Shown piece after piece: positions 33,638 to 43,569 of a stretch of DNA of 64,000 nt. A program made the translations under genes and the position numbers. The stretch spans positions 24,822-88,821 of the forward strand of contig JBJEEA010000042.1 in NCBI GenBank assembly GCA_051872635.1, read 5' to 3'. Below the pieces are notes generated by a model. The model searched no databases, had not been told where the DNA came from, and saw only the letters and a list, made by a program, of their open reading frames with translations. Position 1 is the first letter of the stretch, and each line of letters opens with the position of its first letter. This DNA comes from Bacilli bacterium (GTDB taxonomy: Bacteria; Bacillota_I; Bacilli_A; RF39; UBA660).

Positions 33638-34522
33638 TTAATTATTATCGATTGAAATTAATTCATATTTTTTAGTACCAATATGCATTTTTTCAGCATA
33701 AGTGGTAATATATCTACCATTTTGTCTTTCAATTCTTTCAATCATATGATTTCTTCCATTATCACTAGAATTATATATTAAATCAAGACAAGCTTCATCT
33801 AAAGCAACAGGATCTAAAGAAGATAATATACCAATATCTTTCATACATGGTTCTTCAGGATTACTATCACAGTCACAATCAACAGATAAATTATTCATAA
33901 CATTAATATAGATAATATTTCCTTGCATATAGTCAATAACAGACTTATCAGCTTCAACCATAGATTCTAAGAAGCTATTTTGCTCTGAAAGATTATTCCA
34001 AACTTTATTTATATTTTTGGTCTTTCCAGCACTGTGAATAAAAGCTTTTCCACTACTTGAAGCAATACCAATACTCATGTTTTTTAGGGCACCGCCAAAG
34101 CCTCCCATGGCATGTCCTTTAAAATGTGATAGCATTAATATGGAATCATAATTAGCTAAATGACTACCAACATAGTTTTCTTTTAAATGTTTCCCATCTT
34201 CTACAGAGATAGCTATTTCTCCTTCACTATCCATGATATCGACATTTGCTATTTTAGTAAATCCATGTTCTTCTGCTACTTTTAAGTGGTCTTCTGTAGT
34301 CATTCGCATACCATTATATGCAGTATTACATTCAATTATAGTCCCATGTAATTTTTGAACTATACCTTTAATTAATCCTGGTTTTAGATAGTTATTACCT
34401 CCTTTTTCCCCAGTTGATATTTTTACTCCAATATTTCCTGGTAATTCTTTATTTAATATTTTGTACATTTTAATTAAACTTTCTTCATTTATTTCTTTGG
34501 TAAAATATACCTTTGATTTCAT
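33638..34522 (-). CDS. DUF362 domain protein
   Basis: MKSKVYFT..., LSHFKGHAMGGFGGALKNMSIG is the DUF362/COG2768-type core. Confidence 0.75.
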   Translation of the reverse strand: MKSKVYFTKEINEESLIKMYKILNKELPGNIGVKISTGEKGGNNYLKPGLIKGIVQKLHGTIIECNTAYNGMRMTTEDHLKVAEEHGFTKIANVDIMDSEGEIAISVEDGKHLKENYVGSHLANYDSILMLSHFKGHAMGGFGGALKNMSIGIASSSGKAFIHSAGKTKNINKVWNNLSEQNSFLESMVEADKSVIDYMQGNIIYINVMNNLSVDCDCDSNPEEPCMKDIGILSSLDPVALDEACLDLIYNSSDNGRNHMIERIERQNGRYITTYAEKMHIGTKKYELISIDNN

Positions 34523-34565
34523 ATTATTTCTCCTTATGATATATACTTTATCAATTATTTCTTTG

Positions 34566-35048
34566 TTAATTCATTATTATACTATAAAGCATTTCAACAG
34601 CTTTGATTACGACGATATCTTTGTTATCAGCTCTAAGATTCTCTGTTACAATTACTTCTTCTTCATAGTATTTATCGATATTTTTGTCATAAATACTAAT
34701 ATAGACAGTATTATCTTTACCCATTAAATTATTTGGATCTTTTTCTCTTAACTTGCCTGTTATACCAATGCCATAATTAGAACTTGTATATTCAGTTATT
34801 GCTCTACTCATTTCTCTTGCCACTTCAGAACTATAAACGCTATATTTTTCTATTATGTTAGCGTTTACTCCCATTTTAATTTTATATTCATTGGAATAAG
34901 TTACTGCTCCAAAATTAAATACTAAACTAGATCCTGAAATATTGGTAATAGCACTAGCTAGAGCTCCACCAGTACATGATTCCATAGTACTAACTGTTTC
35001 ATTTTGCTCTGTTAATGTCTTTGTTATTTCTATTAATTTTTCTTCCAT
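34566..35048 (-). CDS. pncC: CinA C-terminal domain / nicotinamide-nucleotide amidohydrolase PncC-like protein
   Basis: ESCTGGALASAITNISGSS motif. 160 aa. Confidence 0.8.
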   Translation of the reverse strand: MEEKLIEITKTLTEQNETVSTMESCTGGALASAITNISGSSLVFNFGAVTYSNEYKIKMGVNANIIEKYSVYSSEVAREMSRAITEYTSSNYGIGITGKLREKDPNNLMGKDNTVYISIYDKNIDKYYEEEVIVTENLRADNKDIVVIKAVEMLYSIIMN

Positions 35049-35180
35049 CTTTTACCTCCTTTATCTTGTTTTATCTAAATATATTTTAATACTTTTTCTT
35101 TTGATTTACAATTAGTTTTAAGCATTTTATTTATTTTAAAAAAATAATATATATAACTATAGCAAAGGATTAATAATTTT

Positions 35181-35214
35181 AAAAAAGACAAATCATTTAT
35201 TAAAATGACTTGTC
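35181..35214 (-). terminator. rho-independent terminator after the P-type ATPase gene
   Basis: On the minus strand, GACAAGTCATTT-TAAT-AAATGATTTGTC is followed by TTTTTT. Confidence 0.6.
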
Positions 35215-35227
35215 TCATAGATTAATT

Positions 35228-37711
35228 TTAATGGTTATTTATTTTTTTTAATATATCAAAAGGAAATGTTGCTAAGCTCGAAAATAATACCGCTAATAAT
35301 AAATAATTTATATTTAGAGGACTTGTTCCGACTATATTATTTAAATATGGTACATAAATTACTAGGAAAAGTGCTACTATTATTATGGAATTTATTATAA
35401 CTATTGTTTTATCTTTTGAACTAATAATTAAATTTTTTATAGCAGAGGAATCATAGGCTAATACATATACTACAAATATGTTAGACAAAACTAAAGTTGT
35501 AAAAGAAAAGGTCATAGCTAGAGATATAGATTTACCAGCTTTTATAAAATAGTAATAACTTCCAAAGAAAACAAGAAATATTATTAAACCTTGTAATATA
35601 CACTTTATTAAAGTTTGACTACTAATTATGGATTCATTTATTTTTCTAGGGCTTTTAGTCATTACATTTTCATCTGGCTTTAACCTTTCGAAGATAATTG
35701 ATGAAGTTGGATCAATAATTAGTTCTAATAATACAATATGAATTGGGAGTAAAAGTGATGGTAAATTAAATAAAGGTACAAATAACGATGAAAGGGCTAT
35801 TGGAATATGAATAATTAATATATATGATATGGCTTTTTTAATGTTATTATAAATTGTCCTACCATTTTTTATAGCTTCTACTATGGTGGTAAAATTATCG
35901 TCCATAAGAATCATATCAGAAGCTTCTTTTGCCACATTAGTACCTCTTTTGCCCATAGCTATTCCTATTTCTGCTTTTTTTAGGGCTATGGCATCATTCA
36001 CTCCATCGCCTGTCATTGCAACAACCTCGCCATTTTCTTGAAGAGCTTTGACAATCCTCATTTTATGACTTGGATATACCCTAGCAAAAATATTAGTATT
36101 AACTACTTTTTCTTTTAATTCTTGATCATCCATCTTTTCTAGTTCTATTCCAGTAATAATATTTTTACTATTTGTTAAGCCTATTTGTCTTGCAATCCCT
36201 TTAGCGGTCTCACCACTATCTCCTGTTATCATTATGACTCTAACGCCAGCATTATGGCAAGTTTTTATTGCTTCTTTTACTCCTTTTCTAGGTGGATCTA
36301 ATAAAGCTATTAAGCCAGTAAATTCTAAGTCAATATCTTTTAAATTTCTAGGAAGAGTTTCTATGTTGTTCTTTTTCGCTACCGCTAAAACTCTATAACC
36401 TTGATGCGAATAATCATTTATTTTCTTTTTTATAAAAAGATATTGGTCTTTATCTATATGGCAAAGAGGGAGAACATTTTCACAAGCTCCTTTTACACAT
36501 AATAAATTTTTATTATCTATTTCCCATACTTGCCCCATCATTTTATCCTTATTATTAAAAATGTATTCATGAATTAATTTGTTGCTATATATTTCTTTAG
36601 TTATGTTTTGATTTAAGCAGTATTTTTGAATAGCTATTTCCATAGGGTCATAAGGGTTTTTAGAGCATGCTAGTGAAGATATTAAGAAAAAATCTTTATC
36701 AAATGAAAATGTATCTTTAACAGTCATTTTGTTTTGGGTTAAGGTACCCGTTTTATCAGTACATAAAACAGTTACTGCTCCTAAAGTTTCAACTGCTTTC
36801 ATATTTCTAGTTAATGTGTTTTTTTTGGAAAGTTTAAAGGCACCTAAAGCTAGAAATACTGTCAATACAACAGGTATCTCTTCTGGTATTGTAGCCATAG
36901 CAACAGTAATTCCAGATAATATAGAATTAATTATTCTTTCTTTTAGTATTAAATCTTTATTATTAATAAAATTAATAACCACAACTAAAAATAAAAATAT
37001 TAGACTTATAACAGTGCAAATGACTACTAACTTATTTATTTGCTTTTCAAGAGGTGTTTTGTTTTTTTTAACTTTGCTTAAAGCTGTGCCGATCTTACCA
37101 TATTCAGTATTAATACCAACAGAAGTTATTTTTATAATAGCACTACCACTTGCTACATCTGTAGATGCATAACACATATTAAGCTTAAAGTTATTCTCAT
37201 CATTATTATCTTTTAATTTTTTATATACAACTTCGGACTCACCTGTAAGAGTAGATTCATTAATACCTAAACCTTGACACTCTAAAATAATTCCGTCAGC
37301 GGGTACTTTATCTCCTTCTTCTAAAATAACTATATCTCCTACTACTATATCTCTACTATTAATTACAGTAATTTCGTTATTTCTAATAACTTTTACATTT
37401 AATGAAGATAAAGTATCTAATTCATCTAATGCTCTACTTGTCTTTTCTTCTTGAATAAACTCAATGCCACTTATAAATAAAACAAATAAAAGCATTATTA
37501 TTCCATCACTAATTTCACCTAATATAAAGTATATACTTGCTGCAATTATAAGAAGCAAAAACATTGGTTCTGTAAATATATGGATTGCTTTTTTCAATAT
37601 ATTTTCTTTTTTCTTTTTTTCAAGTTCATTTATACCATATAATTCTTTTGATTTTATTACTTCCTTATCATTTAGTCCAATATAGTTATTATTTTTGTTC
37701 ATAATATTCAC
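35228..37711 (-). CDS. cation-transporting P-type ATPase, P2 (Ca2+-ATPase)-like, 827 aa
   Basis: Motifs TGESEV, CTDKTGTLTQNKM, MITGDSGETA and TGDGVNDAIALK, with 10 predicted TM helices. Confidence 0.85.
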   Translation of the reverse strand: MNIMNKNNNYIGLNDKEVIKSKELYGINELEKKKKENILKKAIHIFTEPMFLLLIIAASIYFILGEISDGIIMLLFVLFISGIEFIQEEKTSRALDELDTLSSLNVKVIRNNEITVINSRDIVVGDIVILEEGDKVPADGIILECQGLGINESTLTGESEVVYKKLKDNNDENNFKLNMCYASTDVASGSAIIKITSVGINTEYGKIGTALSKVKKNKTPLEKQINKLVVICTVISLIFLFLVVVINFINNKDLILKERIINSILSGITVAMATIPEEIPVVLTVFLALGAFKLSKKNTLTRNMKAVETLGAVTVLCTDKTGTLTQNKMTVKDTFSFDKDFFLISSLACSKNPYDPMEIAIQKYCLNQNITKEIYSNKLIHEYIFNNKDKMMGQVWEIDNKNLLCVKGACENVLPLCHIDKDQYLFIKKKINDYSHQGYRVLAVAKKNNIETLPRNLKDIDLEFTGLIALLDPPRKGVKEAIKTCHNAGVRVIMITGDSGETAKGIARQIGLTNSKNIITGIELEKMDDQELKEKVVNTNIFARVYPSHKMRIVKALQENGEVVAMTGDGVNDAIALKKAEIGIAMGKRGTNVAKEASDMILMDDNFTTIVEAIKNGRTIYNNIKKAISYILIIHIPIALSSLFVPLFNLPSLLLPIHIVLLELIIDPTSSIIFERLKPDENVMTKSPRKINESIISSQTLIKCILQGLIIFLVFFGSYYYFIKAGKSISLAMTFSFTTLVLSNIFVVYVLAYDSSAIKNLIISSKDKTIVIINSIIIVALFLVIYVPYLNNIVGTSPLNINYLLLAVLFSSLATFPFDILKKINNH

Positions 37712-37883
37712 CTACTTTATATATATTTTATGTTTTTTATTTATTATTGATAAACATAATTTTAGTAATTTAATTGCAACTCAATTTCTTAATATGCTTA
37801 TTTATGAAATGTGTATTTTAATATGTTATTCTTATTAATAAAAGACTCAGAAGATAGTCCACTAAGTCTCATTTTTATATAGA

Positions 37884-37960
37884 TGGCGTCCTTGGGCAGA
37901 ATCGAACTGCCGACTTTCCGCTTAGGAGGCGGATACTCTATCCTACTGAGTTACAAGGAC
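37884..37960 (-). tRNA. tRNA-Arg (anticodon CCT) with encoded CCA
   Basis: Minus-strand sequence GTCCTTG-TA-ACTC-AGTAGGATA-GAGT-A-TCCGC-CTCCTAA-GCGGA-AAGTC-GGCAG-TTCGATT-CTGCC-CAAGGAC-G-CCA folds as a perfect cloverleaf by hand. Confidence 0.9.
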
Positions 37961-38011
37961 ACAAGTTAATTATATATCAAAAAGAGAAAAAATGAAAGTG
38001 CTTTTTCTCTT

Positions 38012-38767
38012 TTATAATATATATTTAGTTATAATTAGATAAGTTATAGCTGCTATTAATAAGAGACCAATAATTATAAAGAATACTTTAATACCAGTGT
38101 GCCTTTTTTCTTCAATAAATGGTTCATCATCTTCTTCATTAAAGAAATCTTTCTTTGAAAAGGAATAAGATCCACTATAGAACGTTTCACCATCTTTTAT
38201 TTTTTTTATCATTGTAACTTCATCTTTGACAATTGGATCTGTAACAATAGTATTATCATTTCCTTTTAAATCTGCTAAAATGTCTAAAGGTAATGAATCA
38301 GTGTTACTAGAAGAATTCTTAATATCATCTTTATGTTCTATAATTTCAGATGATAATTCTACAGCATCATCGTTATTTGGAATATTAGCATCCTCTAAAT
38401 CAGTTAAAAAATTTGTACCTATTTTTTTCTCTCTCATGATATCATTACTTCGATTAATTTCACTTTTGGCATTTTCTAACAAAATATTTATATCATAAAT
38501 TTTGTTTTCTTTTTCTTCTTCTTTTTCAATAAAGGATTGTTCATTTATGAAAGTTCTATCTATTTCTTTTGCTTTTCGATATTCATCTCTACTAGAAATT
38601 ATTTTTTTTAATCCATTCATATCTATTTCATTAGAATTATCAGGAATTGGTAAATTGTCATAATCAGATATTTCTTTAGATATTTCTTTATAAAGTTTTT
38701 CATTTTTTTTGCTTCTCTCAAATGTACTTAAATCTTCTTTATAATATTTTTCCATTCTACTTTCCAT
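38012..38767 (-). CDS. hypothetical C-terminally TM-anchored protein, acidic and Lys-rich
   Basis: Intact 251 aa ORF with a single C-terminal TM helix (VFFIIIGLLLIAAITYLII). Confidence 0.5.
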   Translation of the reverse strand: MESRMEKYYKEDLSTFERSKKNEKLYKEISKEISDYDNLPIPDNSNEIDMNGLKKIISSRDEYRKAKEIDRTFINEQSFIEKEEEKENKIYDINILLENAKSEINRSNDIMREKKIGTNFLTDLEDANIPNNDDAVELSSEIIEHKDDIKNSSSNTDSLPLDILADLKGNDNTIVTDPIVKDEVTMIKKIKDGETFYSGSYSFSKKDFFNEEDDEPFIEEKRHTGIKVFFIIIGLLLIAAITYLIITKYIL

Positions 38768-38876
38768 ATTGTCTACCTCTACTATATATATAATAACATA
38801 TTTTTATTCTAAATAAAAGATTTTGTTGATTTTTTTTTGATTTTTGATATAATTAAATAGAAAGAAGGTAAATGAA

Positions 38877-39065
38877 ATGAAACTTAGTGTTAATAAAGAA
38901 AAATGTATTGGTTGTGGTTTTTGTGTAAGTACTTGTGAAGAAATTTTTAATTTTGATGACGATAGTCAAGCAAAGGTAATAGTTAATCCTATTCCAGAAG
39001 ATAAGATAAATGAGGCCAAAGCTGCTAAAGAAGGATGTCCTACTGAAGCTATTGAAGAAGAATAA
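38877..39065 (+). CDS. small ferredoxin (62 aa)
   Basis: CIGCGFCVSTC ... CP cluster-binding pattern. Confidence 0.85.
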   Translation: MKLSVNKEKCIGCGFCVSTCEEIFNFDDDSQAKVIVNPIPEDKINEAKAAKEGCPTEAIEEE

Positions 39066-39069
39066 TATT

Positions 39070-39097
39070 AAAAATCGCATATATATGCGATTTTTTT
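39070..39097 (+). terminator. rho-independent terminator of the ferredoxin gene
   Basis: ATCGCATAT/ATATGCGAT palindrome followed by TTTTTTT. Confidence 0.7.
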
Positions 39098-39111
39098 AAT
39101 AAATTATATAT

Positions 39112-39140
39112 AAAAAGAGTCTATATAAAGTAGACTCTTT
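39112..39140 (-). terminator. rho-independent terminator of the two-component operon
   Basis: On the minus strand, AAGAGTCTA-CTTTATA-TAGACTCTT is followed by TTTTATAT. It overlaps the HK stop codon. Confidence 0.5.
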
Positions 39141-40404
39141 AACTGATTATAAATTTTACGCCAGTCTTTTCATTTTCAATACTAATATCATAATTTAGAA
39201 AAGAAAGCGTTTTTTTGACAATAGATAGTCCTAAGCCAAAGACGCCTTTAACACCTTTTTCGTAGGGAGTGAAAATGTTATTTAATATATCTTTATCAAT
39301 ATTTGGACCATCATTATATAATATAATTTTGTTATTTTTAATAGTTATTTTTATTTTGGTTTTAGCATAGCGCATAAAATTATTAATAATATTGTCAATA
39401 ATTGCTTCCCACATTTCTTCGCTTCCTTTGAATATGTTACTTTTTTTGTCAAAGTCTAAAATGAACTCTACTTCTGGTCTTGAAGGATTAAATTTTTCTA
39501 CTGATGCTAAGACTATTTTACTGACATCGCATTTTTCTTTAATATTATCTTTCTTTTCACTGAAGTAATTTAATTTATTTAGATATAATAAGGAGTGAAC
39601 TTTTATTTCTAATTTATCTAATTGTTCTTTACATATTTCTAAGGCTTTTTCTTTGCTTTGTACGCCATCTTCGGAAGCTTCAATGTAAGATTTCATAACT
39701 GTAATAGGAGTTTTAAAATCGTGAGAAATATTTTGATACATTTGATTTTTATATTCCTCTTGTTCCTTTAAGTACATTCTCATATTTTGAGTAGCGACTT
39801 CAAGGGTATATAACTCATCATCATAATCATAATTAATACTATGATCATAATCATCATTATCTATATTATCAATTTTATCTTTAAGTTTTTTTATTCTATT
39901 AACTAAGTGATTAGACCATACAATTATGAGTGCCGAAATTATTATAAATGTTATTCCAACTACTATTAAGATGATTTTAAGAACTTCAGCTTTCATAGAA
40001 TTTATATAATTACTTCCTGTAATGGCAATTTTACTTAAGTTATCCGTAGTTACGACTACATAGTAATATACTTTTTTATTATAAATAAATTTGCCATTTT
40101 TATCATTAATAAGTTTTAGTATAGTAGTGATATTGTCAGTATCCACTATTGAGTATACATTTTCGGATACGATAATATCATTATTATTAGCTATATAAAC
40201 ATAGTATACTTCACTATTTATCTTACTAGAAATATTATTTGGACTTTCTAATAATGTAAGTGATTGATTTAAATAATTATATAAATTATCTTCATAAATT
40301 GGAAGCAAAGTCTTAGGTAGAATAATTCCAAGGGATACAAAAACTATAATAATTATAGCAACGCATATAAGAAGGAGTTGTTCAGTAAGAGTTGGCTTTT
40401 TCAT
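39139..40404 (-). CDS. sensor histidine kinase (HisKA/HATPase_c)
   Basis: Two TM helices, H-box SHDFKTPIT, N-box IINNFMRYA and G-box GLGLSIVK. Confidence 0.88.
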   Translation of the reverse strand: MKKPTLTEQLLLICVAIIIIVFVSLGIILPKTLLPIYEDNLYNYLNQSLTLLESPNNISSKINSEVYYVYIANNNDIIVSENVYSIVDTDNITTILKLINDKNGKFIYNKKVYYYVVVTTDNLSKIAITGSNYINSMKAEVLKIILIVVGITFIIISALIIVWSNHLVNRIKKLKDKIDNIDNDDYDHSINYDYDDELYTLEVATQNMRMYLKEQEEYKNQMYQNISHDFKTPITVMKSYIEASEDGVQSKEKALEICKEQLDKLEIKVHSLLYLNKLNYFSEKKDNIKEKCDVSKIVLASVEKFNPSRPEVEFILDFDKKSNIFKGSEEMWEAIIDNIINNFMRYAKTKIKITIKNNKIILYNDGPNIDKDILNNIFTPYEKGVKGVFGLGLSIVKKTLSFLNYDISIENEKTGVKFIIS

Positions 40405-41057
40405 ATTAGACGATATCCATAACCATATATAGTATTAATATCCAAGAGTGGCATTTTTTTTCTTAGTCTTCTTACAAGATCATCTACTACTCTGTCTGTA
40501 CCAAAATAATTTTCTCCCCAAATGTTGTTTAAAATATCATCCCTTGAGAAAGATCTTTTACGATTAGTAACAAACATACATAATAAATCAAATTCTAAAG
40601 TTGTTAGATTTAGATCTTGGTTATTAAGAAGGGCCATTCTTTTATCTAAATCAATGATATAATCTTTATATGTAATTTTTTTATTATCTTTAGCATATAC
40701 TCTTCTTATAATATTGTTAACTCTAAGTACTAATTCTTTAGGAGAATAAGGTTTCGTAATATAATCATCACTTCCTAATTCTAGTCCTATTATTTTATCA
40801 AGGTCTTTATCTCGTGCTGATGTGAAAATAACGGGTACTTCTTCATTAGTTTCTCTTATCTTTTTTATAATATCATAACCACTTATATCATCACCAAGCA
40901 TGATATCAAGTATCCATAAATGGGCGGGTTTGTTGACATTATTGATAGCATCTGTGCCATTTAGATAACTAGTAACAGAATACCCTTCTTTTTCCAAATA
41001 TGCTTTAATAAGACTATTTAAATCCTTCTCATCTTCTACAAGAACTATATTGTACAT
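40401..41057 (-). CDS. OmpR-family response regulator
   Basis: MYNIVLVEDE... receiver domain plus a winged-helix C-terminus (YGYGYRL). Start chosen after the GAGGGTG SD; the track ORF extends to 41090. Confidence 0.9.
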   Translation of the reverse strand: MYNIVLVEDEKDLNSLIKAYLEKEGYSVTSYLNGTDAINNVNKPAHLWILDIMLGDDISGYDIIKKIRETNEEVPVIFTSARDKDLDKIIGLELGSDDYITKPYSPKELVLRVNNIIRRVYAKDNKKITYKDYIIDLDKRMALLNNQDLNLTTLEFDLLCMFVTNRKRSFSRDDILNNIWGENYFGTDRVVDDLVRRLRKKMPLLDINTIYGYGYRLI

Positions 41058-41226
41058 ATTATTCACCCTCTTAAGTATAGTATAACACAAAAATTAATAG
41101 TTTTCTTTATATTTATTCATCTATCACTTCCTTTCATATTAAAATTATATTATTATAAGTTGGATTAATTATCAAATAATTGTGGTAAATTATGGGATAA
41201 TTAAATATACTATATTGGTGATATAA

Positions 41227-41835
41227 TTGAAAGAATATGAAAGAATAAAACTTGACTATACAAGTTTAGAACCTGTAATAGATGATAGAACACTTAATTT
41301 ACATTATAATGTTCATTATCGTAACTATACAGATAAATTAAATGAACTGCTTAGAAAAATTAATTATGATTATAAGAATACCGCTATATATTTAGCAAAA
41401 AATATTGATATTATACCTATGGAAGAAAGAGATGAAGTATTATTTAATCTAGGAGGATATCTTAATCATAGTCTTTATTTTTATAATTTGACAGATAAAA
41501 AGAAAAAGATTCCTGATGAGATGATTGAATTAATAAATAAGCATTTTGGCTCTTTTTCTCTATTTAAAGAAGAATTTATTAGTATGGCTAAAGAGGTAAA
41601 GGGAAGTGGTTATACTTTTTTAGTTCTTGATAAAAATAATAAACTTAGAATAATTAATACTTCTAATCAAGACACTCCTTATTATTATGGATTTATTCCA
41701 ATCATGACAATTGATGTATGGGAACATGCTTATTATCTTAAATATACTTATGAAAGAGGTAAATACTTGGAAAATATATTTAATATTGTTGATTTTGAAA
41801 AGGTCTATAATTTGTATTTACATAGTATAAAATAA
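41227..41835 (+). CDS. sodA: Fe/Mn superoxide dismutase
   Basis: LDYTSLEPVID, LHYNVHY and DVWEHAYYL motifs. Apparent TTG start. Confidence 0.88.
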   Translation: MKEYERIKLDYTSLEPVIDDRTLNLHYNVHYRNYTDKLNELLRKINYDYKNTAIYLAKNIDIIPMEERDEVLFNLGGYLNHSLYFYNLTDKKKKIPDEMIELINKHFGSFSLFKEEFISMAKEVKGSGYTFLVLDKNNKLRIINTSNQDTPYYYGFIPIMTIDVWEHAYYLKYTYERGKYLENIFNIVDFEKVYNLYLHSIK

Positions 41836-41896
41836 TAGTTTTATATACTCTAAGAGAACTTTTCAATAATTTTATTTTATAAATTTTTTATGCAAT

Positions 41897-41933
41897 AAAA
41901 AAACACAGTAATTAAAGTCATTACTATGTTTTT
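41897..41933. terminator. bidirectional terminator between convergent sodA and paralogue 3
   Basis: CACAGTAAT ... ATTACTATG stem with one mismatch, flanked by an A-run and a T-run. Confidence 0.5.
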
Positions 41934-41952
41934 ATTTACTCTCTTTATGCTA

Positions 41953-42627
41953 CTATGCTGAGAATGTAGCAGATACTTGACCGCCAGCAGCGTTCATAGT
42001 AACAGTGCCACTGTATGTACCAGTTTCACTAGTATCTCCAGCTTCGTTCTGAGAAGATTCAGTATTAGTTAAATATACTAGTAAGTAATATGTAACTGGA
42101 GTATTAGCTGTTAATGATGCATTTTTATGCATATCATCAGGTGTAGCTAAATCTAAATTACCTGTGCTTACAATGTTAGTTGCTGAAGTTTCTGTTCCTG
42201 TGTAAATAGCATAATGCCAGTTAGTTTTAACTTTTGCATCTACTGTTAAAGTTTCAAGTCTAACGCTTGCATTAGCAACGGTTTGAGTAGATTTTGCCTC
42301 TATTTTGTATAGATGGCAACCAGTATAACCATTAGAAGCACAGTTTGCTTTTACAGCATTATTAACAGTATCAAGTGTACCATCAATATTAGCTGGTACT
42401 AAATCTATGCTAGCAACTCCGTCTTCTGGTGTTTTGTTAACTCTTGTTACAGTTACACTAAGTGCAGTTGCAAGATCATTATTTGTACCACCAGTAACAG
42501 TATCACCAGTAGCAGTAGCAGCAGCACTAAAGTATGCAAATGTTGCACCAATAATAGCTACTACCAATGTAGCAACACCTATTACAGCGTAAAATACGCC
42601 AGGTCCCTTTCTCTTTTCATCATCCAT
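41953..42627 (-). CDS. secreted protein paralogue 3 with a SipW-cognate (TasA/CalY-type) signal-peptide motif
   Basis: MDDEKRKGPGVFYAVIGVATLVVAIIGATFAYFSAAATATGD. Start chosen after the AAAGGAGG SD; the track uses a TTG at 42636. Paralogous to the next two genes. Confidence 0.65.
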   Translation of the reverse strand: MDDEKRKGPGVFYAVIGVATLVVAIIGATFAYFSAAATATGDTVTGGTNNDLATALSVTVTRVNKTPEDGVASIDLVPANIDGTLDTVNNAVKANCASNGYTGCHLYKIEAKSTQTVANASVRLETLTVDAKVKTNWHYAIYTGTETSATNIVSTGNLDLATPDDMHKNASLTANTPVTYYLLVYLTNTESSQNEAGDTSETGTYSGTVTMNAAGGQVSATFSA

Positions 42628-42728
42628 TATTTTCAATCCTCCTTTACAATAATAATTGTAACAAATATTGTATTAAAATGCAATACTTTTTTTATCTTTA
42701 TGGAAAAAATTTAATGATAAATTTTTAC

Positions 42729-42757
42729 AAAAAAAATGAAGAGAGCACGGAGCTCTC
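42729..42757 (-). terminator. rho-independent terminator after paralogue 2
   Basis: On the minus strand, GAGAGC-TCCGT-GCTCTC is followed by TTCATTTTTTTT. Confidence 0.65.
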
Positions 42758-42775
42758 AATTAATTAATATTTATT

Positions 42776-43501
42776 TTAGGCACTTGCTGAAAATGAAGCA
42801 ACTACTTTTCCCCCTAATACATCCATACTAATTGTGCCATTATATGTTCCAGTACCACTATTTAAATTTGTGGTATCTTCTGGATTTTGAACTTGATCTT
42901 TGTTAGCTAAATAAATTAATAAGTAATAATAAACTGGATTATTAGCAGTTAGTGATGAATTATTATGAATGTCAAAGCCGGTTTTGCCTTCACCGGTATA
43001 TGTTGTAGCAAAAGTAGCAAAATCTCCTAGGCCACCATCTACTATTGATGTGGCATTATAAGAAGTACCATCATTAGTATAAATAGCATATTTCCAACTA
43101 GCTGTATCAGTAGCATCAGTAGATAATGTTGTAAGTCTGACACTGGCATTACTAATATCTTGAGTTGATTTAGCAGTTATTTTGTATAGATGACATCCAG
43201 TATATCCATTAGCAACACATTTTTGGTCAATTGCTGTATTGATACCATCTACAGTGGCTGTCATATCGGTAGGGACTAAATTATCACTGTTTGCTCCAGT
43301 TTCATCGAATATAACTTTTTCAACATTTAATGAAAGCGCGCTTGATAAGTTATTCTCTGTCTGCCCACTAATTTCATCTCCATTAGCAGTAGCGGATGCA
43401 CTAAAATATGCAAATGTTGCACCAATTATAGCCACTATTAATGTAGCAACGCCTATTATTGCATACAAAGTATTAGGTTTATTTCTGTTTTCTTCTTTCA
43501 T
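42776..43501 (-). CDS. secreted protein paralogue 2 with a SipW-cognate-type signal-peptide motif
   Basis: MKEENRNKPNTLYAIIGVATLIVAIIGATFAYFSASATANGD. AAAGGAGG SD upstream; the track ORF extends to 43534. Confidence 0.65.
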   Translation of the reverse strand: MKEENRNKPNTLYAIIGVATLIVAIIGATFAYFSASATANGDEISGQTENNLSSALSLNVEKVIFDETGANSDNLVPTDMTATVDGINTAIDQKCVANGYTGCHLYKITAKSTQDISNASVRLTTLSTDATDTASWKYAIYTNDGTSYNATSIVDGGLGDFATFATTYTGEGKTGFDIHNNSSLTANNPVYYYLLIYLANKDQVQNPEDTTNLNSGTGTYNGTISMDVLGGKVVASFSASA

Positions 43502-43569
43502 TATTTTAAATCCTCCTTTATTTGATTTTAACAAAAATTATTGATAATTACAATATGATGCTTATATAA

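Noticed and set aside
38853-39080. 75 aa minus-strand ORF.
   Set aside because: It lies exactly antisense to the ferredoxin gene, which has a clear CxxCxxC...CP motif, an SD and a terminator. Its translation is low-complexity.
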